A stretch of 64,000 nucleotides of DNA from Lobosporangium transversale (lineage: Eukaryota): positions 124,001 to 188,000 of the forward strand of contig NW_019029002.1 in assembly GCF_002105155.1 (NCBI RefSeq). The letters run 5' to 3'. Positions 52,029 to 64,000 of this stretch are shown one piece after another; the stretch's first letter is position 1, and the number at the start of each line of letters is the position of its first letter. The position numbers and the translations under genes are program-made. The notes under the pieces are model-generated. The model had not been told where the DNA came from, did no database searches, and saw nothing but the letters and a program-made list of their open reading frames with translations.

Positions 52029-52089
52029 TTATAAACTCATAGTGACTTAATGAATATGTTTTTTTTTTTTTTTTTTTTTTTATAAAGTA

Positions 52090-55000
52090 CTATGCACCAC
52101 CAAAAACATTGACTAAAAGTGATCTGAACGCCCTAAACATCTCATCATTAGTGCCTTTTGGCAACAGGAACTGAATGACTTTGATATCTCCGCCTTGCGA
52201 TGCTCTAAACTTCTCAGCTTCGCTGCCTTGGTTTCCAACTTGCTTCACTTGTCGTGCACTATCCATTAAAAAGGACTTTAGGTGCCTTAACAACAGCTCG
52301 GATCGGCGATGGAGGTCACGACGAGTTTGATCGGTGATGTAGTAGACAACTCCACCACCGTTATTATTGAAGTGACTATTGTCAATGACATTGTTTGAAA
52401 CCCTTGTGAACGAGGACGAAGATGCCAATGATGTCGTTGGTACTGTTGATAGGGACGACGACCCATAATTAGAACCATGGCGCTGATGTCGAGATGATGA
52501 TGATATTGTTGTTTCATGAGTCATAGAGGCTACGAGCTGGCTCTCAAATCCTGAAGGCATCATAAGGAAGGGGATAGAGAGCATGGTTATTTCATAGCGA
52601 TGAGCTATTCTAATGATATTTCGTAAGCCAGTGAGGAAATTAGGCTTAGGGACAAAGTCAGCAGATTGGCTGAACATGATGGGTTGATGCGTTAATGGTG
52701 CTTGTGGAGTAGAAGAGTCGCCCGAAGGATTAGTTTTCGGAGTCTGACCATAAAAGAGATGAAATACAACATGAACCATGGGTAGATTTGAATGCCTTGT
52801 GAGAATAAAATCACCCTCCTGGATAGTCGAGCCATCAAGTGGGAATTCTGCTTCCAGAGTTTCTAGCTGCCTTTCGATGCTGTCGAAATGTAACTCAGTG
52901 CTGGTTTGACATGCCTTGAAGAATTCTAGGATAGACATAGCCATCAAGGTTATTGTTTAGGAGTCAATTTTCATCTTTTCAAGAACAAAAAAAAAAAAAA
53001 AAAAAAAAATTGTACAAGCGTGCATACCCTGATGACAGGTCCGTCCAAATTTGTACTTTGCCCAGTCATTGATATTGACTAATAGAACAAGGCCAGTTAA
53101 ATTTTGTCCGTAAAGCGAAGAGGCCGTCTGAGCATGAATGGCTGCATCTTGTTCTGATTTGTTTCGATGGCTTGGAAACACTTCAGCAGGATCTGACACC
53201 ATGAGCCGTAGATTATGGGTGACCTTAGAATGGCTGCTACCTAAGACCACAGTGAACGATTCATCGAGGTTGGATTTTGGGACAGGCGGTCGAACCAGTC
53301 GGCTATTGTATGAATTACCGCTATTTCTGGATGCTGAATCGCTGGTTACCAAAAGCACAAAGTAATGCAAATGCAAAGGCCATTAGTTCTTTCCATAGAG
53401 TTAAATGACAATAAACGTATTGAATAGTAGTGCCAAAAAAGAAGAAATAGAAACCTTACTCAAAGTCGTCATCAAGACCGAGATTCTCGATAGCTTTATT
53501 GAGCCAGCCCCCAAATTTTTTGACCGATGGACTTGTACTGTTGCTCAGCAATGCATTCTTCTGTTGAAGGAATGGTAAGGGTGACCATGGTTTTTGTTGT
53601 GCGGCGTTTGCTCCAGGTCCATGATTGAACATCCCGCTCAACGGCCTTGGGGAGGATACTGAGGCCGATCTTTCTGCTGCTCGACCAGCTTGTTGAACCT
53701 TTGAAGCTTGTGTAGATATAGCACTGTTTACAGTGTTAGCGCCAATTAGAGAAGTTGATGGCTGTTGTGGTGATGATTGACCCCGTGCTCTAACTCTCTC
53801 TTTTAATGCATCTGTTTTTTGTTTTGCAAGTACGAGGCGTTGGATGTTTTCGGGTTGTTCCAAGAGTAGGTTGATGGCATGGTCCTATAAAAAGGTTAAA
53901 ATCTCAACATGTATTAGACATAGCGCAACAATAAAATACGTTGCTTTTTATTTGTTAATAGCATACCATATCACGATTAGCAATCAGTAGTGCTCCTTTT
54001 GCTTGCTCTTCGTCAAAACCCATCTCTAAGATTGATTTAATCATCCGCTGAAGCTCTGGATTCACTTCGTTCTTTGTACACTCAATTGGAGTATCCGTGA
54101 CCTGAGCTATCGGTGAAGTGCCAATGGTAGCCTCAACGGGCTGATCCAGCAAACTTTGTGACATAGTTCCTAACTGTGATGTCTGGGATGCAGTTGCATG
54201 AGGTTGAGGAACTATCGATGATTCCTGACGTTCACCGTCTGTAAAGGTTTTGGTCTGTTGATCAGGCAAAGTGCTTTCAACATTGGAGATACGGGCGCCT
54301 ATCGTCCGCATAGCTTCTTCAACCATATCCTTCCCATTGAGTAGTACGCCATCAGAGGCGCCTCCAGTCTGTGCGCTGTGATTTGCATACAAATGCTGTC
54401 GTTTATAGATTTCAAAGAGTTCTAGAATGAATTCCTGATATTTTGTTCTCTGCGCAGATTGCAAATCATCAAGCTGGCTATTCCAAGTCGCTTGCGAAAC
54501 CTCCATTCTCTGAAGATTAGCAGAAATTTGAAAAACATATCCCCTGTTTTAGCGAGTGAACTTCTCATGTCATCAGTCACGGGGTGAACAGAAATGATTT
54601 TGTTCCCGCACATTTACCTCGATATGTCGTGTCATAAGGTGAGTTAAATTACGTTGAGGTGTATCACTAGCTAGTGCATTGTTGTGTCTAGAAAATGCCA
54701 AAGCAACGTTAATCCATATAAGTATAGGGAGTTTGTGAGGATAGGTCTTTGTTGCTTGAACTATAGAGATGGATATGCACTGACTTTGTCTGGATTTCAT
54801 TGATCTCCGCGTCGCGAGCACTCAGAAGCGCGTCAACTTCTCCAGCGTACTCTCGCTCAAGTTCCAAGATGGCGTCAAAGAGAGATGGTATAGGCGAATG
54901 AACAAGCGTATGATATGCCTCTGGGAACAGGTTCTAGTGGTTGCCAAAGGAAGCGTAGTTGACAGTCATAATCGATGCACTTAAGAGTAAAGGTTCGTCA

Positions 55001-55523
55001 GTAAGGTTATATGCAGCATATACTAAAAAAAAGACGCTACCTCTTCTGGTTGTGTATAAAACTGTCTTGTGTAAGTTCTGTAGTTGGCAATGATATTCTT
55101 TTGTAACTCTCGCAATTCCTTGTCCTCTTTCTCTTCCTTATCTTTTGTGGAACTCTCAGTGGTCAAATCTCGGGTTACCACATTATTTTCGCTACCAGCG
55201 ACTATCGGGATATCCACATCAGCACCTTCAGCTGCAGGAAGGCGCTTAGCAAAGATATTCTCATTAACGCGCTTTTTATAGTGGTTAATGGTTGCCCTAC
55301 GTGTTTCTTGTATAAGATTCTGTGCTGTTGAAAGGAATGAATGCTCAAGATATACAGGAACATGATGTTCGACGCAACTTTGACGAATAGCATCCAACAG
55401 CAAAGCCCCTTCTGGTAGGTCAACTTGGATAGTCTTTAGGTCTGCATCTGGGTATGGAGGGAATGAGAAGCGGATTTGGATAGGATGTGACACCTTCTCG
55501 AGTGTCATCTCTGTGGCGTCCAT
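52090..55523 (-). CDS. C12orf4: C12orf4 / FERRY subunit Fy-3 homolog (DUF2362) with an internal UBA-like domain
   Basis: YHTLVHSP, QRTKYQEFI, ESFTVVLG...THNLRL, LYGQNLTGLVLLV, STELHFDSIERQL, GDFILTRHSNLPMVHVVFHL; multi-exon. Confidence 0.88.
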
Positions 55524-56756
55524 GAAAACGCTGAGAATCAATGTAACTGATTCTGAATGTCTTTATGGTTAAGTTCAGAAAGAATCTGCAGTGAAGATGA
55601 AGGACGTTCTATCGCCATACAAGTGTGTCTTTTTTCATTCCTTGAATAGAACTTTATATAGATTCCTAAGCTTTGCAATTGATATTTCTAAGGCGCCCTT
55701 TCCTCACATACCTGGCACCTTGTAAGCTCGGATAAGTATACGTCATCAAGTAGTGACGTGAGCACTTTGACCTTTGGCATAGCTTCGTTAGTGTTTCGAA
55801 GCATCAAGCGTGCTTGGAACGGATTAGAGACAAATAAGAATATTTAAGACGATTGGAATAGGGTAAGAAATAGTCAAAAAGGTTATGGTTAGCGCTAGTC
55901 CCGGACGTTCGCCTTAAAGATCCAGTCGTGTGTTCATTATTTATACCTATGGGTCTCGAGAATTTCCCCTTTAATAATGATCCTTGTCATATCTTGAACG
56001 ACTGCACGGTCTCTTGGTTACTTTGTAATGTAAATGAACTATATTTCGAAAAAATGATTACTGAAATCCGCCATCCATATCGTTCAATTATAGAGCCTAT
56101 ATACCAGAATATCACGACTTGTCATGACATTTGCAACATTGTCCCAGAGTATTTACCTTCCTTACAAAGGAAGACCGGTATCACAGCCAGAAGACACAAA
56201 TGGAACAATGGGTCAAAGTTCATCCAGCATAGTACAGAATGGTTTCGAGCTTCATGGGTTCTAAACTATAACTTCGCCACCTTGCAATTGGGGGAACCGA
56301 TCAAGCACTCCTCAATTGCAAAGACGTCCGTTTCATAAGTGACCGCCTTTACTTGTGAGAACCCAGCCAAGCACACAGAGAGCTTTCCATGCTTGTTTCT
56401 TTTTCAATTCCTATCATACCCATTCGTCATGGTAAGCTGATCGACCATGATCAAGGCAAACCATCAGTCCCCATTCCCTACTCTAATGTATACCTTGTCC
56501 CTTTCCATATTCTCCATCAACTCTGCTAGTTTCAAAAGCTGTGGCCTTTCAGCAACCCATCGCAGAGTAGTGGAGGCCCTAATTTGAACGAGCAACGAGA
56601 TCATGGCGTCACAACTAGAGTGAAGCCTGTCTATGCTTCCTTCAATAAAGGGATTCCTCTCAACAGTACGACCGATTGCCAATAAGCCTTGTACTTTGTA
56701 AACCGATGTCATTCTTTATGGCATTGGTTAATAGCTGATAATTCAGAAGTTATTCA

Positions 56757-56893
56757 ATGTTCAGTATCAAGAAATGAATGTTGTTTTTGATGCACCACCT
56801 CATCTCCCTCTTTTGACATAAACCGAACGATTCTTAGTGAAGATCATTATTCGCGGAGATATCAGGACTGGGAAGACCTCTTTCTGTTAGTCA

Positions 56894-56924
<31 letters not shown>

Positions 56925-57749
56925 GGAAGAAATGATGTCAGAGGAGCACGGACCAGCCAACCTATTTTTCTGACTGGGGGGTTTTTTTTTTATTTTTTTT
57001 TTTCTTGGATGTAGTTGAGCGATTGCAGGGGCTTCCCTTCCGAAATGAGCGTGAGTACAGGACTACAAAGCAGATTCAAGTCGCCAACATCCCTTGGCAA
57101 TATCCTCGTAAGAAAAGCCATAGTTATTATTATTATTTCCCCACTATCGGCCTTGTAAATTTATACCTGAGTCACCGTCTCCGATCCGTTTTAATGTTCT
57201 TGACCCATGACGACTCAATCAGTAACATTTTGCACTTGATTTTGGTTATACTTAAAAAACGCGTCTCTATATTGCTTAACTTACACGTTCCTGACCTACA
57301 CCCATTTTCGGCCTTAAGATACAAAGGATATTATTAAAGTGGAAGTGTGGGATGTGGTTGATAAAGGAATACAATCTGGAGACCTGAAGGCCAGTGGCGG
57401 GTCCTCGCTTAAGATCGATAATAATACTCGTAAGGGATCCATATGTCCTGTTTTGATGTCCCAATGCCGCTGCCAATAATACTTGGATTGACTTGGTATT
57501 TCATTCAAATCTATTTTCTAGCCTCATCGCCTACAAAAGCAAAGTCGGCACAAGATACTGAAGTAGCACCCCATGCGGCCTTTGCTCTTGATGCTTCTAC
57601 CATTGATGTGTACCGCAATACGGATGGAGTCATTTTGCTTTATGATAATTCTAAACCATGGACAATTGATTATGCAGCTCGGACGCTCGCTGACATTCCA
57701 ACAAACATACCCGTTCTGTTTTTGGTAAGACATTAATCACAGGAGGAGT

Positions 57750-57786
<37 letters not shown>

Positions 57787-59436
57787 TTAAAAAAAAACAC
57801 GATTCACATACCATTTTTTAATCTCTGCAATTTTAAACCTTAGAGGAATTTTTCAGATGATAGTCATATTAAGACTATTGTTCCTAGTGAAGTTGTTGAG
57901 GCATTAATGAATGAATATAATGCTATCCGTCGTAGACATCCATGCTCGCCGGCAAACCTCATTAGACATCTGAATACTAGTATGAAAACAGGATTAGGAT
58001 TGAAAGAGATACGCGAGAACTTTGGTATCCTATTTTTGAACGTCTTGGTATGTCTATTTGTTATTTATTTTAGTTATATAGCATACTGATAGTGGGTCTA
58101 CAATACTGACGTATCGCAATTCATGTAGAGGGAGACGCACAGAAAACAATTTGAACAAAAGACTCAGGAAATTAATAATCTTTTGAAGAAATTGGATGAA
58201 AGTAGCCAGCAGCTATATACGCGATCAATTCAGCCTCAGTACCATCAACAGCAACAGCAACAACAGCAGCAGCCTACAACGGCAAATGTTATTCCAGCAC
58301 AGCCCTTATCTCCTAAAGATGCAGCTGTCTCGAAAAGAGCACTAAAACTATTTACGCCTATTCAGACTACAGGGCCAGCTATCCATCCCATCCCGCAGAC
58401 GTCGTCTCCAACATCGCCAGCAAGGAAAACTAGAAACGATCACACTAATGTCGACATTTTAAGCCCCACACCAGTTTCTGTTCAAACCCCTGCTGTACTG
58501 TTTGATTTTAATTCTGGGAAACTGGAGGAGGAGTTTTTTCAAAACATTGATCTGGATTCCTCTGAACCAGCCGTTAGCGACAATGGGAAGATTTGGACTT
58601 CAACAACAAGAGCAATGTCCACAAGATATGAAACTGTTGATGGGAATCCTATGGTGACAGGCGATGAAGACATTGATGATAGCGCCAGTGATAGTCTTGT
58701 TGGATCTAATCATCACAGCCTGGCTCTGGAGACTGTCTGGACTCCTGGTCAGGCTGTAGGGGAGCTACTGACGGACCATGGAGTGAAAGGTTCGGAAGAG
58801 ACATTCTTAGAAGAAGTTCAGGATGATGGTATGGCTACTAGTGGATACAGCGAAAATGGCTTGGAGCCTAGAGAAGATAGTATATCTTCAATAGGAAGTA
58901 CTCCACCACTCCGGCATCTTACACGTCAGGATTCTGACAATGATAGTCAGCAGGAATTTCCTGTAGCTTCAGCCATGTATTATGTACATGATCCTTCTAT
59001 GTTTGCACAAGGGGGGAAATATACCCATCATTTAGACGGAAAGGCAGTTAATTCGGCAATACTCTCTGAATACGAAGAGATAGCAGGTGGGCACAACCAC
59101 AACCCCTGGAAAAGTACTGGGGACCTGCTCGATCATGATTTTAACAAAGGTAGCGAACACCAGAAGGCACACTTGGAGCCCATAGGTGAAGGGAGTCTAG
59201 ACATGTCTTCGTTAACGACAGCTCAGTTAGAAGGAGTAGGGGATGATGATACGCACATGAAACCTGTTGGAACTAAGATTGCGCCAAATGCTGCCATTGC
59301 TGCCAGTACGGATAATATGAATATAAGGTCAGAAATCAACAAGAGTAATAGCAAAGAAGAGCCTATTACAGCATCGGTGTCAGTAGGCAAGAAGACAAAA
59401 AAGAAGGGCAAGAAGAGCAAGAAAGGAGTAAAGTAG
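56757..59436 (+). CDS. RABL6: Rab-like protein 6 (RABL6/RBEL1) homolog
   Basis: KIIIRGDIRTGKTS (exon from 56838), ERLQGLPF, QIQVANIPW, IIKVEVWDVVDKG, ALDASTIDVYRNTDGV, SMKTGLGL; acidic low-complexity tail with a lysine-rich end. The start at 56757 is tentative. Confidence 0.88.
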
Positions 59437-59772
59437 AACAAATAAAAAAAAAAATGAAGCATTCCAATTTATATGTCTTGCATTTAGGGGAAGATGACCA
59501 CATGCAGAATTTGTTTGGAGTAACTTAAATTTTGTTGGACATGCTCCTTGCCTTTTGCCCTCTGCGCCTTCTGCCTAGTCTTTCTTACTTTCCCCTCCAG
59601 TTCTTCAAGCACAAGATTCTTTTCTTTCTTTTTTTTTTATTTTTTTTTTAATCCTTCCTTATCAATATTATCTTCTGTATTCAATCTATTTCTATTTGTT
59701 CATTTGCAATCTGTTACCTGGCTTTCTGTAAATTCATTAGTTTTTTTTTGCCTCATTTCTTTCAGTTGCAAC

Positions 59773-62707
59773 ATGGCGTCTAATCTCACCGTCTTCCTTG
59801 GCGGAGGGAAGAAGCAGCTTGTCAAGACTACGCCGACCATGATTCTTCGGCAGGTTGTCAACACTGTCTGTGAAAAGCAAGGTTATGGTGACCCAGAGAC
59901 TTATGGGCTCAAGTATGCGTTTGTTCTCTTTATTTTCTGTTTATATTGTCCCTTCTTTTTCTTATGTACTAACTACTCTCCCTCTTTTTGATATTGTTGG
60001 GTATATGCTCTCTTTTAGGAGTGGAAAGAACTTCCTGGATTTGTCATTATCGATCCGATATGCTAACATCGTACCAGGGGCTAAGCTTGAACTTGCCAGA
60101 GTTCCAAAAGACAAATCAAGTAAGTTGATTTTTAATCCTACCTCTGTGTCAGTTTGTTCTGATGTGTTCTTTTTGTGTTCCGAGGAAGAAAAAGAAACAG
60201 TGCTCAACTCTGTCTACATAATTTGTTTGTGACATACTCAAAAAATAAAAAAAGTCTGCTGATCGGCGCAGATAGGTATTCACGCCACCAAAGACTAACG
60301 TCCCATGTTTACTTCTCACGCTTACTAAATTCTTTATTAGCGCCCACACACGTTGATCTGGCTTTACAGCTCGAGGATGGAGGACGAATGATTCAATCGT
60401 TTGCGGTGACCACCACGCTCTGGGATGTCCTTCTAGGGTTCGAGAGAGCTTCAAATGGGTAAGCGCTTATTATTGCTGTCATTACGATTATTTATTTCAC
60501 AAAGTGGGCTGTAGCAGATGGCGCATGCATTCCACATACACCTAACAACAACACAATCACATCAATCAATTTGTAGAACACTAAACTTGACACGACGTAC
60601 TGCAGTACCTCAATCAACTACAAAAAATATTTTCTCCCTTCAGAGGATCAAGAAGGCTGTTAAACCAGCAACAGAGGTTTATATGCTACCTGTTGTCATT
60701 CTACTGGAGCGCGAGGTAGGCCTTCAATATTTGTAAAATACCGAAAAAAAAAAGAAAAAAAAACGTTGAAATATTAATGGGAAAGTTGCTAATCCGATTT
60801 CTCAAACAAACCATCTGTTTTTATAATAATGGTAGTATGTCTCGATCCCAATACTCAAGACAACCACATTACAGCTTGCTGGCCTTTTCAAAGGAAACGC
60901 AGTGTTTCGCGTTATGATGCGACCTACAGATGCAGGAATCGAAGATTTCATGGAGGATATTGAGCGCGTCCTGTTGCCTAATGCAACAGCAAACAACGAG
61001 GCGCCTAAAAATTTGTCAGCTCTAGAGTCAAGTTCAAACCCGATACTTGTCTCTAATAGAACATCAGATGCAAATCCTTCGCCTCACACTCTGCCATTCG
61101 GAATAGATAAGACAGCAGGTGAGAAGCCTGATGTTATAATTTCGACTGATAGCAACCCAGCAATTCCAGGAGGACGTACTGGAGAAATCTCCAATACACG
61201 TGAAGTGGTGGGACCAGCCTCAGGGGCTGGCATGGATATAGATTTACAGCGTCAAACACCCGTACAAGACATGAGCGTAGCTATGATTGAGGCCAGCCAG
61301 GAAATTCGTCAGCTTCGTGAGCAGCAAACACAGGCAGCGCTGACGGATCGAGTTAAGAAACTCTCCAAGGCATCTGATAGTTCTGATAGGGATCGTTTTG
61401 TCCGTAGCTTACCGCCAGGAGTTTTTACAGAGGAGCCCGTCAGCGAGCTTGACTCTAACTCCTCTCAGCCCCGATCCGAATCACCCAACTCAACATCGAC
61501 TAACCAGCAGGATGTCGTCCGTCAAATCGCTCATCGTGTCAGTTTGCAGCTGAAAAAGGCTCAGGAACGGGGTGATTCCACGATTGATTATCAGACACTT
61601 ATCGCCTTAGAGGTTGAAAAGGAGCAGAAAGCCGGCGTATTGCCAGGCACGCCCACCGCCAGCCGCCAGAACACGATTCAGAGAAATAAAGCCGAAGACG
61701 AAAGCCCAACCCATTTGGACGCCGCGACTCCATCGAAGTCAGGGGCATTATCAGAAGAACCTTTCGACCGTAATGTCAAAGTGTTCCGACCACCTTCAGA
61801 CAGCTCAGTCCCGCTCTCAAATCAAAGTAAGCATATGCCATCTAATGTTATACAATTGCTGTGGGCTATTGTTGTAATTGGATGATTTTTAGTGTTTAAT
61901 ACTCATGTTTTCCTCATCATGACGCTATTGACCTACAGTCGATCTTCCCGATGACTTTTACACATTGACACCTCAGGATGTGATGAAGCTGCTGAATAGC
62001 CAAAAGGCTAAGCGTGAGGAAGAAGAGAATCGGGGATTTAAAACATCTGCAGTAAGGGCGGAAGAAGAAAAGGCTAGAGAACGTCGCTATCCCAAGACGA
62101 TCATCCGCATCCGCTTTCCCGACCGAGTTCAGCTTCAAGCCACATTCCGCAGCCAGGAGACTGTGGGTGATCTTCGGAAATGGGTTGCCAGTGCATGTGT
62201 TGGTCAAGGAGAAAAGTTTGATCTATGTGAGTTTTTTTAGAAACATAATTATGTGCAGGCATTTTGATAAGACACTATTCAGTATCTTAACATGAGCTTA
62301 TTTTCTTTTGTTATTACCTGACATAATGCACAGATATTACTCCTCCTAGGAAAGTACTTTCAGACAACAAACAAACATTGTATCAAGCAGGATTGGCGCC
62401 TCAGAGTATTGTTTATTTCTCTTGGGTTGACTCGAAGCTCAATCAGAACCCACCATTCCTTAACGGTGAACATATGATGATGATGCAGGACCTACCCAAC
62501 CCAGGTGAGGAGCCTGAAGAGAAATCAGAAGAAGCATCTTCTTCCACAATGCCTGCGTCAGGTGGGCATACTCTGAACCAACAGGGATCGACTCCTATAC
62601 TTAGCAAGGAAGAACGACGGATGAGTGAGCTTATGAGCACAGAAAAGCGTGCTGGCGGTGGCAGCAATGGAGCGTTGCCTAAATGGATGAAGCTGTCAAA
62701 GAAATAA
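59773..62707 (+). CDS. UBX4: TUG/ASPSCR1/Ubx4-like UBX-domain Cdc48 cofactor
   Basis: N-terminal UBL VKTTPTMILRQV...LDLSLSIRYANIVPGAKLEL; DLPDDFYTLT; UBX IRIRFPDRVQLQATF...LYQAGLAP; C-terminal LPKWMKLSKK. Confidence 0.9.
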
Positions 62708-62778
62708 ATAAATAATAGAAATAATAAAAAAATTGATACAATCATTTAATAAAATACAGAAATACATCACTGAAAACA

Positions 62779-62830
62779 ACGCGTTGATTTTGTTTACAAA
62801 CGAGGTTCGGATTTGCAGTCACTGACGCGC
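62779..62830. promoter_or_regulatory. MCB-like boxes (ACGCGT at 62779-62784 and a second ACGCG near 62826) upstream of ASF1
   Basis: Motif match 90-140 bp upstream of the ATG; function inferred from yeast G1/S regulation. Confidence 0.35.
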
Positions 62831-62918
62831 CGAGTTCTTTTTGCCACTTTTTTTTTTTTTACTTTTTTCTTTCCTTGTCCATTCGTCCTTTTCTCCATCC
62901 TTATACACCTGCACCGCT

Positions 62919-63955
62919 ATGAGTATCGTCAACATTACGCAGGTCAACGTCCTCGACAACCCTACTCATTTTGCAAACCCATATCAGTTTGAAATCACCT
63001 TTGAATGCATCGCTCCACTAGCAGCTGGTAAAGTCTGGCAGAAAAAATGATTTTTCTTTTGCTTTTCCTTCTTGTAGTCGTTACCCTGTAAGCTTCGTCA
63101 TAAACCTAGCTTACCTTACAAGTATAATGCGGGAGTTTAAATAGGTCACTAAAAGAGAAAGTAATTGCTTTTTTATTCAACTCACATGGTTAGATCTCGA
63201 ATGGAAGATCATTTATGTGGGTTCAGCTAATAGCAATGCTCATGACCAGGTACTGGAGTCCATCATGGTTGGACCTGTTCCTGTTGGTGTAAACAAGTTT
63301 GTCTTCCAGGTAAAAAAAAAAAAAAAAAAAAAAAAGCGGAGCAGGAGTGTATTTGATCATAGACAACAACATTGGCAGCTAAGGTTGAGTCTATTTGATA
63401 CTTCTGTTGAAATGGAATGTCATTTTCGTTGTTATTTTATTTAATTTATTTATTTATTTTTCTAGGCCGATGCCCCTAAGCCTGAGCTGATTCCTCATAA
63501 CGACATCGTAGGCGTGACAGTTATTCTCATCACTTGTTCGTATCAGGACAAAGAGTTTGTCAGGATTGGATATTATGTCAATAACGATTACTTGGATGAG
63601 GAACTTCGTGAGAACCCACCAGAACAGATTGCTTACGACAAGCTTTATCGGTCTATTTTGGCAGAGAAGCCAAGAGTCACCCGTTTTCCTATCAATTGGT
63701 ACTTATTTGGCATCCGGGAAAAAAAAAAAAAAAAAAAAAAAGCAAGTAGTCTTGTGAATTTTTTAATTTTGAACTATTTCGGTGCATTAACAAGTGTGCC
63801 CTTTTTTTTATTTAAAAAAAAAAAAAAAAAAAAAAAACATTAGGGAAAACCCAATGGAGGAAGAACAACCACCAGTGCAGGTGGAACCTGGGATGGATAC
63901 ATCCTCAAAAGCAAACATGATGGAGGGCAGTGACTGGGAAGATATGGAAGCTTAG
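62919..63955 (+). CDS. ASF1: Histone chaperone ASF1
   Basis: Four exons; [63 protein letters not shown], short acidic tail. Confidence 0.97.
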
Positions 63956-64000
63956 ACATAAACTTAGAAAGGAAAAAAAAAAAAAAAAAAAAAAAAAAGT

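Noticed and set aside
1..64000. CRISPR arrays, rRNA, tRNA, telomeric repeats
   Set aside because: No repeat-spacer pattern, cloverleaf or rRNA-like sequence recognised by eye. A tRNAscan/Infernal run would be needed to exclude small RNAs.

Overview
Eukaryotic, intron-rich fungal genomic DNA. Gene content (RABL6, C12orf4/FERRY3, vezatin, Crinkler, F-box/LRR remnant) and many 20-33 nt A/T homopolymers suggest an early-diverging fungus, probably Mortierellaceae (inference). The window opens in the 3' half of a Ty3/Gypsy LTR retrotransposon (RNase H-integrase, a 264-bp TGTTG...CAACA LTR) that also carries an antisense ORF. A C2H2 zinc-finger gene follows. Next is an ~8-kb accessory island (about 9-17 kb) with CAG...CTG MITEs, one intact spliced Crinkler gene (Ubl + P-loop NTPase + PD-(D/E)xK nuclease) and two decayed Crinkler-like remnants. 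The island is bracketed by a pair of ~135-bp inverted repeats ending in TA. From 17 kb on there is a dense run of conserved genes: mitochondrial uL14, URC4, PDB1, an aldo-keto reductase, NUS1, KCH, SUV3, an M20 peptidase, vezatin, a Myb factor, an F-box pseudogene, ABP1, C12orf4, RABL6, TUG/UBX4 and ASF1. The best leads are the inverted-repeat-bounded Crinkler island and the antisense gene inside the retrotransposon. All family assignments come from motif recognition by eye; no searches were run.
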